Shown here one piece after another: positions 1-11,250 of a stretch of 64,000 bases of DNA. Made by a program: the position numbers and the translations under genes. Each line of letters begins with the position of its first letter. Position 1 is the stretch's first letter. The notes below the pieces were generated by a model, which saw only the letters and a program-made list of their open reading frames with translations, was not told where the DNA came from and did not search any database. Source of the stretch: Eremomyces bilateralis CBS 781.70. Taxonomy: Eukaryota. Location of the stretch: the NCBI GenBank assembly GCA_010015585.1, contig ML975153.1, one strand, 5' to 3'.

Positions 1-230
1 TAGACTGAATTTGCATTTGTATGTGTTTTGCAGCGTATCTCAAGATACGGTGTATAGCGATTAGATTTGGTGATTTTCGGGGGTGTGTGCAGACATTTGT
101 CTACTTAAGTTAGTGTACCTTAAGAATGCTAAATGATTGAACCGTGAACCGTGTTCCCTGATATCCCATTAAATCCACTACTGACCCCAACGCCCCCATC
201 CCGCGCCCTTTCCCCAAATAGATGAATCCC

Positions 231-2345
231 CTAGTGATCGTGTTCGACAGGCCTCGTGGGGGTGTTAAAGCGGGCATTTCGACGTCTGACCGACCTGTTC
301 TGGGGCCGTCGGGCGGTGCTGGGTGTGCGTTCGAACAACTCAGGGCTCATCACTAGCCCCCTCCCCATCACTCTCTAGGTCTGTCATTTGGATGCGTTCA
401 TCCGTCTCTGGATTCCTATCCTTGCCGGCAAAAGGCGCCGTAAACCTCTCTGGATCCATATTCCTCGGATCACAATCCGGGACGTCGCCCATCACGCCAA
501 CGATCACTTTCTCCTTTCGCTCCTGCATCGCCAGAATTCGTTCGTTGATGGTTCCCTCCACAGTGAAGCGCGTCATATAGGTGCGTTCGGTCTGCCCGAT
601 GCGAACACACGGCAGAACCTTTGGAAGTCCATCGACCAATTCCACCATGGATCACAGATGATGACGCGGGTTGCCATGGTCAAGTTCAGGCCAACCCCGC
701 CGCTCTGGAGGGTGCAGAAAAGAATTCGCAGGTCCGGATCTTCTGCAAAGCCTCTGAGATCATTCTCCCCCATTTTCGGGCCGAGCTGGCCATTGTACTA
801 ATACTCGAATCAGTAGGAATCTCGTAGCGGTTGATATTAGACTCACATGAACGTTACCCCAACCCTCCTCGTCGCATATCTTCCCCATGATGGCGAGGAC
901 CAGAAGGAATTGCCCGTGGATGATAACTTTGCAATTCGGCGTCTGCTTGAACCATGCGGGGGGGTTGAGCCTTGATCATTGATGGCAATGGTCTTGGGAC
1001 TCGACAATATTCCCCCACCTAACTTGAGCCAGTTCACTGCCCGGAACTTCATCGACCTTTGTTTCTTCTTCACTTGTCCTATCCTCAGTGTGTGCATATC
1101 GCTATCATCGCCGTCTTCACCAACATATAAAGCACTGGCCTTCTGTTTACGCTGTCCATACAGAAAGGCAGGTGGATCTTCGTAATTGCTCGTAGGGTTC
1201 AGTATCGTGATTGTGTGGCCTATTTGCTGAAACCGAACCTTGTGAAAGACCAGCCCATGCTTTTGATTTTCAGGATCGTCGTCGGTAGAAGGGTCGTCAT
1301 CGTCTTCCGCAGCGGAGGTGGCGCCAGATTCACCTGCGTCCTCATCTCGAGTTACTTTGGTAGTCTTGGAGGACCTTGCGGAGGTGGAGGATGTAATCCC
1401 TTCTTCCATCCCCATGTCGCTCACCGACTTCTTCATTCGCAATATCCCGAAGTTTAGCGATATCTTCCTCTTTGAGAATATCCTTCATGGCAAGTTCAAG
1501 GGCTAGAAGGTGCTTGGAGGGCTGACGCAAGCGAAGGAGCATGACGAACATAGTGCGGTAACTTAGGGGTCCACTTTCTTTTACGAGGGCGATTACCCTG
1601 ATCTGCATGCGGATGCGGACAATCTCGTAGACGGCATGGTGGACGGGATCCATTTTGACCCTCATAACGCGTTCCTCAGCCTCTGGAAGGTCTACCAAGA
1701 TCGTCCCATGAATCTATCTGCCAACGTGCGTCGCACCATGATACGACCAACTATCATTTGGAGTCTCCCGGCAGCCATCTCCTTGGAGTGTAGAGTCTTC
1801 CCACCGATAAATTTCTGGAGGAAGATATGGCGGCTTCCGGCCACCTTGATTTTCAGAAACTTAAAGAGCGGGCAAATTTCCTCGATTTTGTTCTGGATTG
1901 GCGCTCCTGATAAAACCCAGCGGTATTTCCCAAGAAGGGCCTGAGAAGCCTGCGTCGTTTTCGACTCCCAGTTCTTGATGGCTTGGCCTTCATCAAGTAC
2001 GACTCGGCAGAACGGCATCCGATAGAGGAGTCCCCTTACCATACCGCTGAATAGTTGGCTTTAACCCATTGCCTCTTTTTTCAACTGGTCCTAAGCTCTT
2101 TTGGAATCAGTTTCCCCAATCTGGGTAGGACCTTTGGACAGTTTAATAGGCCGTGATCACCATTCTGTACTATCCCCCATCTTTTCAACTCCACTTTGGT
2201 CATTGTCAAACATTTTCTTCTCATCATCCAGATAAAGCAGAGTATTTCATAATACCTTCGGGTTGCAGAACTTCGCAATCTCGTTCGCCCATTGGACGCA
2301 GATACTCCGGTGTGCGACAACGAGCGTGGTCCGGCTCTCAAGTAG
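231..2345 (-). pseudogene. Degenerate SNF2-family (RAD5/RAD16-like) helicase/ATPase remnant, 5'-truncated and frameshifted
   Basis: SF2 motifs occur in the right order but in different frames: Ia TTLVVAHRSICVQWANEI (~2270-2335), II RVVLDEGQAIKN, III RWVLSGAPIQN, MVRRT, SSPKT, V TLQSGGVGLNLTMATRVIICDPWWN and VI FCRVF/RIGQ. Apparent 1-nt deletions lie at ~1699 (GR/LVDLP) and ~601 (VF/RIGQ), with in-frame stops. No Walker A (GLGKT) is visible upstream. Confidence 0.85.
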
Positions 2346-3041
2346 CCGAGTTCTGAGTGATATCACTTAGTTACTTGGCCTTGGTCAACATCGAAGATGT
2401 TGTGATCCAGATGTTTGGTGGCGTATAGTCACAGTCTGTGCAACTAGCTGCGCGTCGGAAGTGCCGTAGCTAGAGGAATGGAGAGTGATAAGCTGAAGAC
2501 AGAAGTGGGGAGAGGTAGACGAGGTAGATGAGAAGTGAGAAGTCGGCAAGTGTTGGTTGAAGAAAGAAGGAAGATGAGAATTGAGAAATAGTTAGTTGAC
2601 GAGGGTTGAGAAGTAGCGGTTAAAGAGAAGGAAGATCAGAGCGGTTGCTTGAAGAGGGGAGGAGAAGATCGAGCACGAGGAGTAAATGGTTGAAGAGGGA
2701 AGATGAGGAGTGGTGGAGGGAAATGTGAAGAGGTAGGCCGGTAGGTAGCCAGCGGAGCTGTGAAGGATGGTTGCGTCGGTTGAATAAGGAAGACACGAGT
2801 TGGTAGGCTGAAAGGAGAAAATTGAAGGCGAGAAGATGGGATGCGATTAAAATAACGAATGGAAGTCGTAAGATGGAAGATACAGATGGGTGTCCTAGCA
2901 TTGGAGCCTTCGATGGATGATTTAATGAAGATGACATCTGATTGAACCTACGAACGCTCCAGGAAAATATGACATCGACCATGTCTACTGAGCTCTTACT
3001 CAATGGTAAATTAGTGGCATCACGCTGAATTGTCTACTGGT

Positions 3042-4208
3042 TCAGATAAAGTCGCCGTCCCCAAAGCCACCGAACGGATTTGGCGGACGTCCACCCGTTC
3101 CACCGAACCTCCCACCGCCTGGAAACCTACCGCCTGCGTCACGCCCTCTCGGCTCCTCACCAGGTCCTACGGGATCATATCGTGAGCCAGGCGGAACTTG
3201 AGGGTCATACCCCTGCCTGTCTCCTTGACCTCTGAATAGCGGATCGTCAAATGTCGGATGCATCCCACCGCCTGCTGGGCCGCCGAGATATGGCCGTAAC
3301 GGATCATGGGGTCCGAGTCCAGGTGGGTGGAGGTCGCGCTCACCAAGACCCCCAAATGGACCCATGGGATTTGCGGGGCCGAATCGTGGCGGCCGGTTGA
3401 TTTCGTGCTCGTCTTCAAAGCCTGGAATGGGTTCGGGTAGGGGTCCTCGTGGGTGGCGTGGAGGTACGGCTAGAGGGTCGTGGAACGGGTACGGCCGAGC
3501 TGGTTGTGGCTCGTCCGGATCTTGCTGAGGCCTGTCTCGCCGTCCAGTTGAGGTTATGGGGGCCTCCTCGTAACCTTCCTTATGGATTCCAGGAGCCAGT
3601 TTTTGAATTATGGACGCTTTAAACTCCGTGGCTAGATCCTGGAGGCGAGCAGGAGTGATGAATATGCCTTTGAGAATGTCTTGTGCTGTCTTGATCCGCT
3701 CCTCCTTGTTCTCTGGCGCCTCTGGGCCGGTTGGAAGCGGAGACGAAGGAAGTGATGACTCGGAGACGAAGTCCTTCATATTGACGTCAAATTGGCAGAC
3801 TTTCTCGTCTTCAACAGCCAGTCCCAGAATGACGACTTTACTACCTATTCGGTTGACCTTGATGAGGAATTCCAAGGACGACTGCGGGTGGGCATATCTG
3901 AAGGCATGCGCGGATGACGCGTTCCATTGCTCTGGAAGCGGCTGTGTTTCCTGTGAGTCCGAAGATGCTTCTACAACTGAGTTTAGCGTTGTTCTATATT
4001 GATTCTTTCTAGGCTTACCAATCTGGTGGTCCTCCCCAAGGCCAAGCAGCCGGAATCCCACCGCGATCATCGCCGCATGTACGGCAAGCGCTATGGCATC
4101 GACAGGCCCCTTTAGCTGTGGTGATGCCTGGGGAGGTAGGCTTGCCGCCATATACCTCGAGAGGGAAGAGGCATTTAAGGGATTAGAAGACGGATTTGCG
4201 GGCGCCAT
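3042..4208 (-). CDS. PI31 (PSMF1/Fub1-like) proteasome regulator, ~372 aa
   Basis: N-terminal FP-like domain (AIALAVHAAMIAVGFRLLGLGEDH, LPEQWN, FRYAHPQSSLEF) and Pro/Gly-rich tail with GERDLHPPG, GGMHPTFDDPLF and PPGSRYDPVGP. ATG at 4208; 48-nt intron 3971-4018 (GTAAGC...GCTAAAC...TAG). Confidence 0.9.
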   Translation of the reverse strand: MAPANPSSNPLNASSLSRYMAASLPPQASPQLKGPVDAIALAVHAAMIAVGFRLLGLGEDHQIGKPRKNQYRTTLNSVVEASSDSQETQPLPEQWNASSAHAFRYAHPQSSLEFLIKVNRIGSKVVILGLAVEDEKVCQFDVNMKDFVSESSLPSSPLPTGPEAPENKEERIKTAQDILKGIFITPARLQDLATEFKASIIQKLAPGIHKEGYEEAPITSTGRRDRPQQDPDEPQPARPYPFHDPLAVPPRHPRGPLPEPIPGFEDEHEINRPPRFGPANPMGPFGGLGERDLHPPGLGPHDPLRPYLGGPAGGGMHPTFDDPLFRGQGDRQGYDPQVPPGSRYDPVGPGEEPRGRDAGGRFPGGGRFGGTGGRPPNPFGGFGDGDFI

Positions 4209-5702
4209 GTTCAGGTATTTTCGATGGTGGGACGCAGCTCCGGTACCGACCAGGAATGCGTAGTTGTCGATAGAGAGATCAAAGTAGAAGACGGGCAATG
4301 TCCGAGCAATAGACCTTGAAAGAGTCTGAAATATTCCAGGAAGAAACACGATAATGTGGTATTGTATGAGTCGGTTGTCGAGAGATTGCTACGGATATGT
4401 CGAAACTCGAACGTTGAGGATCAACAGCCAGCTCCCCACGCGTGCGTCATACATGTTGTGGCCTTGGCGCCTTGTAGGCTACAGCACGCAGTGCAGCGGG
4501 AGTGGAGGAGCACAGCTTGCAGCGTGCAGCCTCCCAAGCCCCAGCTTGAAGGCCCCAGCCTTGGAGCTTGGCAAATATGTAATACATATTCATTTCTGTT
4601 ATATTCGGCAAGTCCCGTGCACGCGTTACCCCCCCCACAGGCCCACACCAGACGGCACCTCCACATACTTTGAATGCCTTGTTGCCTGAGGTCTCCACCC
4701 AAGACCTGCACCTCCACTCACCCGACGACTGTGACGTCTATCTATGTCTCACCTCAATTGGCCTCACGCCCCCTTAATATCCGTTCATCATAACCTCATC
4801 TACAACTTCATTTATTTGTGTATAGCGGTTCACATGACGCGTCTATTAAAATATTCCTGGTATTATTCCTTAAACGGCATCAGCCCCGTTCCGGCTGCCG
4901 AAATGCTTAACCTACCGAGGCTGCTAATTAATCTGCACTGTGTCTGGGGCACGACTAAGGCAGCGACGTCTTGCTCGACTCCATATCAATATCGCCCGAA
5001 CCAATTGGGCTGGGACTCAGTATCCACCCAACGATTTGGATCCGACTCTGTTCATTATTTGTGCACTTCCGTCTCCCTTTGGCTGCTTTTCCTTGCTATC
5101 GACTCAGGCGACTAGAATATCGCCAAGTTGTGCATCCTGGAGGATCACTTGGTCCACGGGGATTTACTGCCGTGTCCAAAAGATCAAGCTTCAAATCGGC
5201 TTCATTCCCTGAAGATGTCTCCACAATGTCTCTTGTTATTTCCCAACCCATATCCTCGCCGGATCGTTCCGCCCAGTACGATTGGAGTGACATCCGACGA
5301 GGTACCATACCTAATCAATTTAATTAACATTCTATGAGTTGTATATTTTAGCATCGCACACATTGGGACTTCCTCTCCGGACATCCAAAGCCTCGATTGA
5401 TCCTCTCCCAATCAATCTCTGTCCGCATCAATGCTTTCATTTATACATGAAACCGCCCGGGTTCCCCCAGAGATACCGAGATGTGAGATCAGGCGTCATT
5501 GGTTATTGCTCTCGAATCCTGTTGGCAATTATGTGGGTTGTAATAAAGCGAGCCAGATGATATATCGTAGCATGCCTCGATTCTCATGCCTCGATTCTCA
5601 CCCACCTGTCCATCTTCATCCTGTCCCTTCTGAAGTCGTTCCTTTAGTCGTGCTTCCCGCAGTCAGTCGTTCATTTATTTGACTTGCCAAATTCTTTTCA
5701 TA

Positions 5703-6957
5703 ATGGTCCAAATCTCGGTCCTCCTCACGAGCGTTGCTGCTCTGGCAGCCGCATCCCCCGTGACCAAGCAGCTTCAGAGCCGGGAATCTTGCCAAGGACA
5801 GAGCTGCATCATCGCAGACGTCGCTCGCACCACCGGCCGAGCTCCCATCAACCCGAACGGTCCCAATCAACCTGAGGGGGGTAGTAAGGAGGGTAACAAG
5901 TGCATCGCGGACTATATCGTTCAATTGAACAATGAATGCCGTATCCCAGTGGGCTCTAGAACTGATAAGGACGGAAATTCTTTGCCCGCAGTAGCAGGCT
6001 GTGAGTCCAAGTCTCCGGCCACGCCAGGATCCAACTCGTCTGGCAGCACTGGCAGCACTGGGAGCACTGGGAGCACTGGCAGCACTGGAAACACTGGAAG
6101 CACTGGAAGCACGCAAAGCGCTGGAAGTAACTCTGCAGGCACAGGTGGGGGCGACTTTGCAGGGAGTTCAACCAGTGGTCTTGGAAGCGTTAGCGGCGGT
6201 GGTCTTGCTGGTCTACTCGGTGGGAGTGGTAGCTCGAGCTCGAGCGGTCTCAGTTCGCTCTTCGGTGAGCAATTTCCTCTTGACGTTCCCACCCGATGTA
6301 ACTACGTTGAATCGGACTGACTTCTGCTCCAGGCGGCCTATTCGGAAAGCGAGAGGAAGCCAATGCCGAAAAACGTCAACTCTTTGGTGGTGGAAGCTCA
6401 TGCACCCCATATCGGGTCATCTACGCCAAGGGTACCACGGAGATGGGCGAATTAGGATTTACCGTCGGTCCGTCGCTTAGCTCGGGACTCAGCGGGCGAG
6501 ATTTCACCGTCGATGGTGTGGACTACCCCGCCGATATGGACGGAATCAACTGTCTTGGTATGGAAGGCGGTATTATCGCCATGAAGATGCTGGAGAACGC
6601 CGTGGCCCAGTGCCCAGAGCAGAAGATTTTCATGTCGGGCTACAGCCAGGGTGCCATGGTTGCCCGTGAGGCAGTGGCATTTGCACGACCCGAGGCTCGC
6701 AAGCAGGTTATCGTAAGCGCTCCCGATTCCTTCGATTGGATGGGTTCCACTGACCATAGTTTTAGGGCGTTGTCACATTTGGAGATCCGTTCAATGGGTC
6801 ACCGATTGCGGATTTCGACTCCAGCAAGATCAAAATCTTCTGCTCTTCCTCTGATGGAGTGTGCAAGGGGGAGTTTTCTATCAGCCTTGGGCATCTGGGA
6901 TATGTTGGAACCTCCACTACTCAGGCCGTCTCGTGGATCAAACAGCAGGCTCGCTGA
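5703..6957 (+). CDS. Secreted cutinase-family (CE5) esterase with long Cys-containing, Gly/Ser/Thr-rich N-terminal extension, ~377 aa
   Basis: Signal peptide MVQISVLLTSVAALAAASPV. Exons 5703-6264, 6333-6712 and 6766-6957. Motifs VIYAKGTTE, GVDYPAD, nucleophile GYSQG, VVTFGDP and CSSSDGVC...GHLGY (catalytic Asp/His). Confidence 0.88.
6042..6113 (+). repeat. Coding 9-nt tandem repeat (GGMAGCACT-like x8) encoding (GST)n linker
   Basis: ggcagcact ggcagcact gggagcact gggagcact ggcagcact ggaaacact ggaagcact ggaagcacg. Confidence 0.9.
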
Positions 6958-7094
6958 GGCTAAGGGGAAGTCGAGAGTTAACAAGAAGTTCTTTCAGTAT
7001 GTAAGAAGGCATTAGAATGCTGATTCAATTGCGGCTGCGTGCGTTGCGAAATCATTAAACCTATTCCCTGCGCCTGTCTATGCGTCGAATTAAA

Positions 7095-8602
7095 TCACTC
7101 CTCATATAATGACCGTCCTAGCCTATCATTTGCTTCAATAAACCTAGTCTGTATTAGCATGCGTTGGATGATGACAAGGTGAAAATGCTTACGAAAACTG
7201 GTGCTCCAAAACCCCTTCCCCCCCTTTCTCCAAATCGATATTGTATACGTAGAAAGCCCCAGCACTTGTGACGACCATCAACTGTGGGGTATTGTTTCTC
7301 ATCGCCACAACAGTTCGAACCGGACCACCACCCTCCCCAAGATTTGGTGCAGTGCTCCGCGGAACCTTGACCCAAGCGAAGTCGCGCTGCGGCTCCCAGA
7401 TCTCGGTGACGGCGGTTGGAAGATAGGTCCCCAGGGAGGAAGCGAAAGTCTTGGTCATGTTCTGAGACGTTCTTCGAATCATCGATGCGAGGGTGGGATT
7501 CAGCGGTTTCCTTTCCGCTGCGGCTGTAGAGGCACCGATCGACTCATAATCCATGCTCCCTGAGTCGATATGGTCTTCGCTACTGATCGATGCGCTTCGG
7601 TCTCGAGTAGGAGAGAAGGTCGGGGAGCGGGGTGAGGAAGTTGCCGAGCCGGGTCGACTGGATGCCTTTTGCGGAGAGACCAATCGGAAGATGTGAACGG
7701 TTTCCGTCGCGGAGGAGACGCAGAGCAGCGAAGAAGTCGCGTTGAAGGACATGCTGAAGATCCTGGCGGGGATGGAGCCGCGCCGAAATTGGAAGAGTTT
7801 CTGCGCGAGCGGAACGGAGAAGACGCGGATGATCGTCCCCTTCTCGGACGCCGTCGCGAGCAAGTTGCCTTCGCCGTTCAATGACACGCAGGACAACGGA
7901 GTCTGATGTGCCTCGACGACGTTCACAGCTTCCATCTTGGTGGCATCGAAGATCATCACTTCGCCAGTGGTTGGGGCAACATGTGTCCCAGTCGGCGGGG
8001 TGTGTGACGGCGGAGCAAATGGAGAAGGGGCCACTTTCTGAGGCAACGGATATACCAAGTAGTTGTTCTCTGATGACGATGAAAGTGCGCAGATAGCTGT
8101 ACCTCGTCAGTGACCAACCCAATCTATCTCAGGTAGTCCTACCGTGTGGATTTGGTGAAGTTTCAATTCTGCGAATCAAATTCATGTTACTGATGTCATA
8201 GACGTAAATGGAGTCCTCAAGGACCACAACTAAGCGCTTTCTGTTCATACGGACGGCAAGAACACGTGACGGAAAGGTGAGGTCGCATATTGTCGATTGA
8301 CGCTAGAGATGATCAGTGGATTTGGAAGTATAGTATGGATTGCTTTACCTTTGTATTCTGTATCCGCAATAATCGCGGAGACAATACTAACGCCACCAGA
8401 GACGTGGAGAACAACATCTCGACAAGGGAGATGTCTCCTTCATTGGTCTCAAAGTGCTTCTCAAATGGCTCGGTGGTGTATTGTCGGAATCCTTTGGTAG
8501 TTCCTATCCACCTTAACACGTCGAACTGAATATGAGCAGGCGCAACAAACCAGCGGATATGTAACTATAGTCTTGATTGAAGGTAACATAATTGAGCGCC
8601 AT
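7095..8602 (-). CDS. ATG18: Autophagy PROPPIN WD40 protein Atg18, ~439 aa
   Basis: [45 protein letters not shown], phosphoinositide-binding [14 protein letters not shown] and PQRDFAW. Introns at 8504-8550, 8303-8348, 8097-8142 and 7144-7192 give an open 440-codon frame. Confidence 0.95.
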
Positions 8603-9143
8603 GATGGCGTCGAGGTATGAATAGCCAATATCAGACCTAATTCGGTCAAGATATCGCAAGGTTGCAGCTTCACGGGAGTCGGCTGGGATAGCCTACTTGT
8701 TGGGAGGCAAGTACCTCACGACAATATATGAGAGCTCTGCGATGCCAAAGTCGCGAAGAGAATATCCCTTGCTCTTATCCAGGAAATTTAATTTAGCCAA
8801 ACCTTCAAATATGCGATTTCTGTCTTTGTCAGAAGGTGGAAGGTGGCGGGAGCCTGTTCGAGGTTCGATGGTGGTGGAGTTCCAGAAGCTCGATAATTAC
8901 GAGAGATGTCCGTAGATGTCGCTATTGGTAGCTTTAGCCCGCCGTACTCAGGTTAATCACCTAATTCGAATGACGAAAATATTTGTCCATCCTAGACTTT
9001 CTTGACTGGAGACTCGGAAGGAATGGCACCTTTGATGGATCTTGCAAATCATCATGGAGGACTTGATTGAAAAGAGCTAGGGCTTTGCTTCGTGATAGAC
9101 CAGTGTTAAACCTCCCCTTGTCCAGAGTTGCCTGGAGATCACA

Positions 9144-11250
9144 ATGAAACGTCCGATGGAGACTTCTTCAACTATAAAGGCATCGAGCCGTGATGAAGCC
9201 ATCATCGGCACTAATGACTACAGCATTGTCTCTAAACGCAGCGTTGAAAGGCTCTACAATGCCGACGAATCGGAGTTTTTGCATCATTTTGTTCCAAAGT
9301 TTAAGAGGCGAGCTCCGGCCATCAATAGGGGTTACTGGCTTCGTGTGCACGCGATTGAGTTCGTGGTCCTGCGATTTTTGGAGGAGTGCCGCCAGGCAGG
9401 AAAACAGGTAGCTGTTGTGAATCTCGGATGCGGTTATGATACTCTTCCGTTTCGGACGAGATGGAAAGCACCACAGCTATGCGGGGACTGCGTATTCGTC
9501 GACGTAGACTATCCGAGTCTTATCCAGCGGAAGGCGGAGAAGATCCGAAGGGAGAATTTGTTCGGGTTGACACCTACGACTGGTACGGCCTCTGAAGCCG
9601 TCAGTCTTGAAACGGAAGAAGGATACTATGCAGTGGGCTGCGATCTGCGGCATCCGGAGCGACTTCAGCAAATATTAACGGATGAACTTGGTTTACATGG
9701 AAGACATTTCATATTTCTTGCCGAGGTATCATTAGCGTACGTGGACTATAACTACGCGAATACGCTCATCGATAAGCTCAGTAGCATATCAAATTGTATG
9801 AACTTTCCAAAAGCCATGTCCCACGGGACCAAGATTGTAGCTAATGTCACTCACAGCACGTTTCTGCATCCTGGAGCAGTACCTCCCCGATGGGGAAGGC
9901 CATCCCTTTGCGCAGGCGATGCTCAACCACTTCGAAAAAACCGCGCCCCTGAAGCAGATCCGAAAATGCCCGTCGCTCGCTGCCCAGGCTGCGCGATTCC
10001 GCCAAAACGGCTGGACGTCCGTTCAAGTTGAGAACCTTTGGAACCTCTGGCAAAATGATGAATTCCTCTCGGGAGAGCAGAGGACTGCGCTGGACAAGGT
10101 GGAGCAATTTGATGAGTGGGAGGAGTTCGCCTTGTTTGGCGCGCACTATTTCGTGTTGGTTGCCGGGAACTACGATTTAGGCCCGCTGTTACCCATATTG
10201 CCCCAACACAATGATCATTTGGGTGCTGAAGCGCCGCCAGTCCAAAGCGCTCTTGCATGGCAGCACTTCCAGGCGCCAAAAGGCGCTGGGCTTCGACGAT
10301 ATGGGGCAGTGATACCCCACAGTGCGCAGCTTGTCTCCTTTCACGGAGGCCAAACCTCAAGCGCGAAGCAGGGGAACTACGACACGTACAGCTGCAGTTC
10401 TCCAGCTCCTGATCTACCCGGCCCTCCAGAATGTCTGTCCAGCCACACCATAACGGAATGCGGTCCCGACACCTATTTGTGTGTCGGTGGACGGACAACC
10501 CCGAGCAAAGCACGATCTGCATGTTGGCTTGGAGTCTCAGATCAATGGACTCCCGTTGAACACCTCACTCCGGGTCGATATCGACACTGCGCAGTCCCAG
10601 TCCATCTACCCACCGAGCAAGGCGTCCTTGTTTTCGGCGGCAGGACTGGCGATGGCATAGTGCTTGGCGAATGGGCACTGTGGACTGGGTCGTCCGGCTG
10701 GCGACGTTTGACATGCCCCATGGATGAGCCCCAGCCGAGATTTAGCGCCACGATGGCATGCAGCGGGTTGACCGATGGTCTCTTGATGGGAGGCCTTTCT
10801 GCTTCTGGCACCGTGTTCCATGATTGCTGGAGGTGGACGCTGGATGGGTTGCAAGTATTGGCAGAGAGAGTCTCGGAATCCGTCCTCCCGAAACAGATTG
10901 AATGGACACGGTTTGGTGCAAGCCTTGTTGCGTCAGACAAAGGCTTTGTTCTCATTGGCGGGGTGGGAGCGAACGGCATAATACCAGAGATGGATGATGT
11001 TGTTTGTATATCCAAAGCGCTGCACTTCACCCGTCTTCCACTGGTATCTGGACCGACTCAGAGACCTTTACTTGTCGGACACGGGGCTGCTCTAGTTAAG
11101 GATGGCAGTCTCCTAATAGTAGGTGGGGGCGCTATATGTTACTCGTTCGGCGCCTTTTGGAATCCGGGGATCTACATGCTGTCGACATCAAGGGGTGTTC
11201 AAGAATGGTTCCTGGATGCTACCCCAGCTACAACCGAAGTGCAAGCTTAA
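9144..11250 (+). CDS. PPM2: Leucine carboxyl methyltransferase 2 / tRNA wybutosine-synthesis protein 4 (LCM + Kelch), ~681 aa
   Basis: GTNDYSIVSKRSVERLY, RRAPAINRGYWLR, VVNLGCGYDTLPF, VDVDYP, AEVSLAY and FDEWEEFALFGAHYF, followed by Kelch repeats (GGR, RYRH, GGGAICYSFG). Intron 9796-9856. Confidence 0.92.

Noticed and set aside
2620..3003. 127-aa S/L/H-rich ORF
   Set aside because: By-product of the pyrimidine-rich tract; TTG start and no coding signature.
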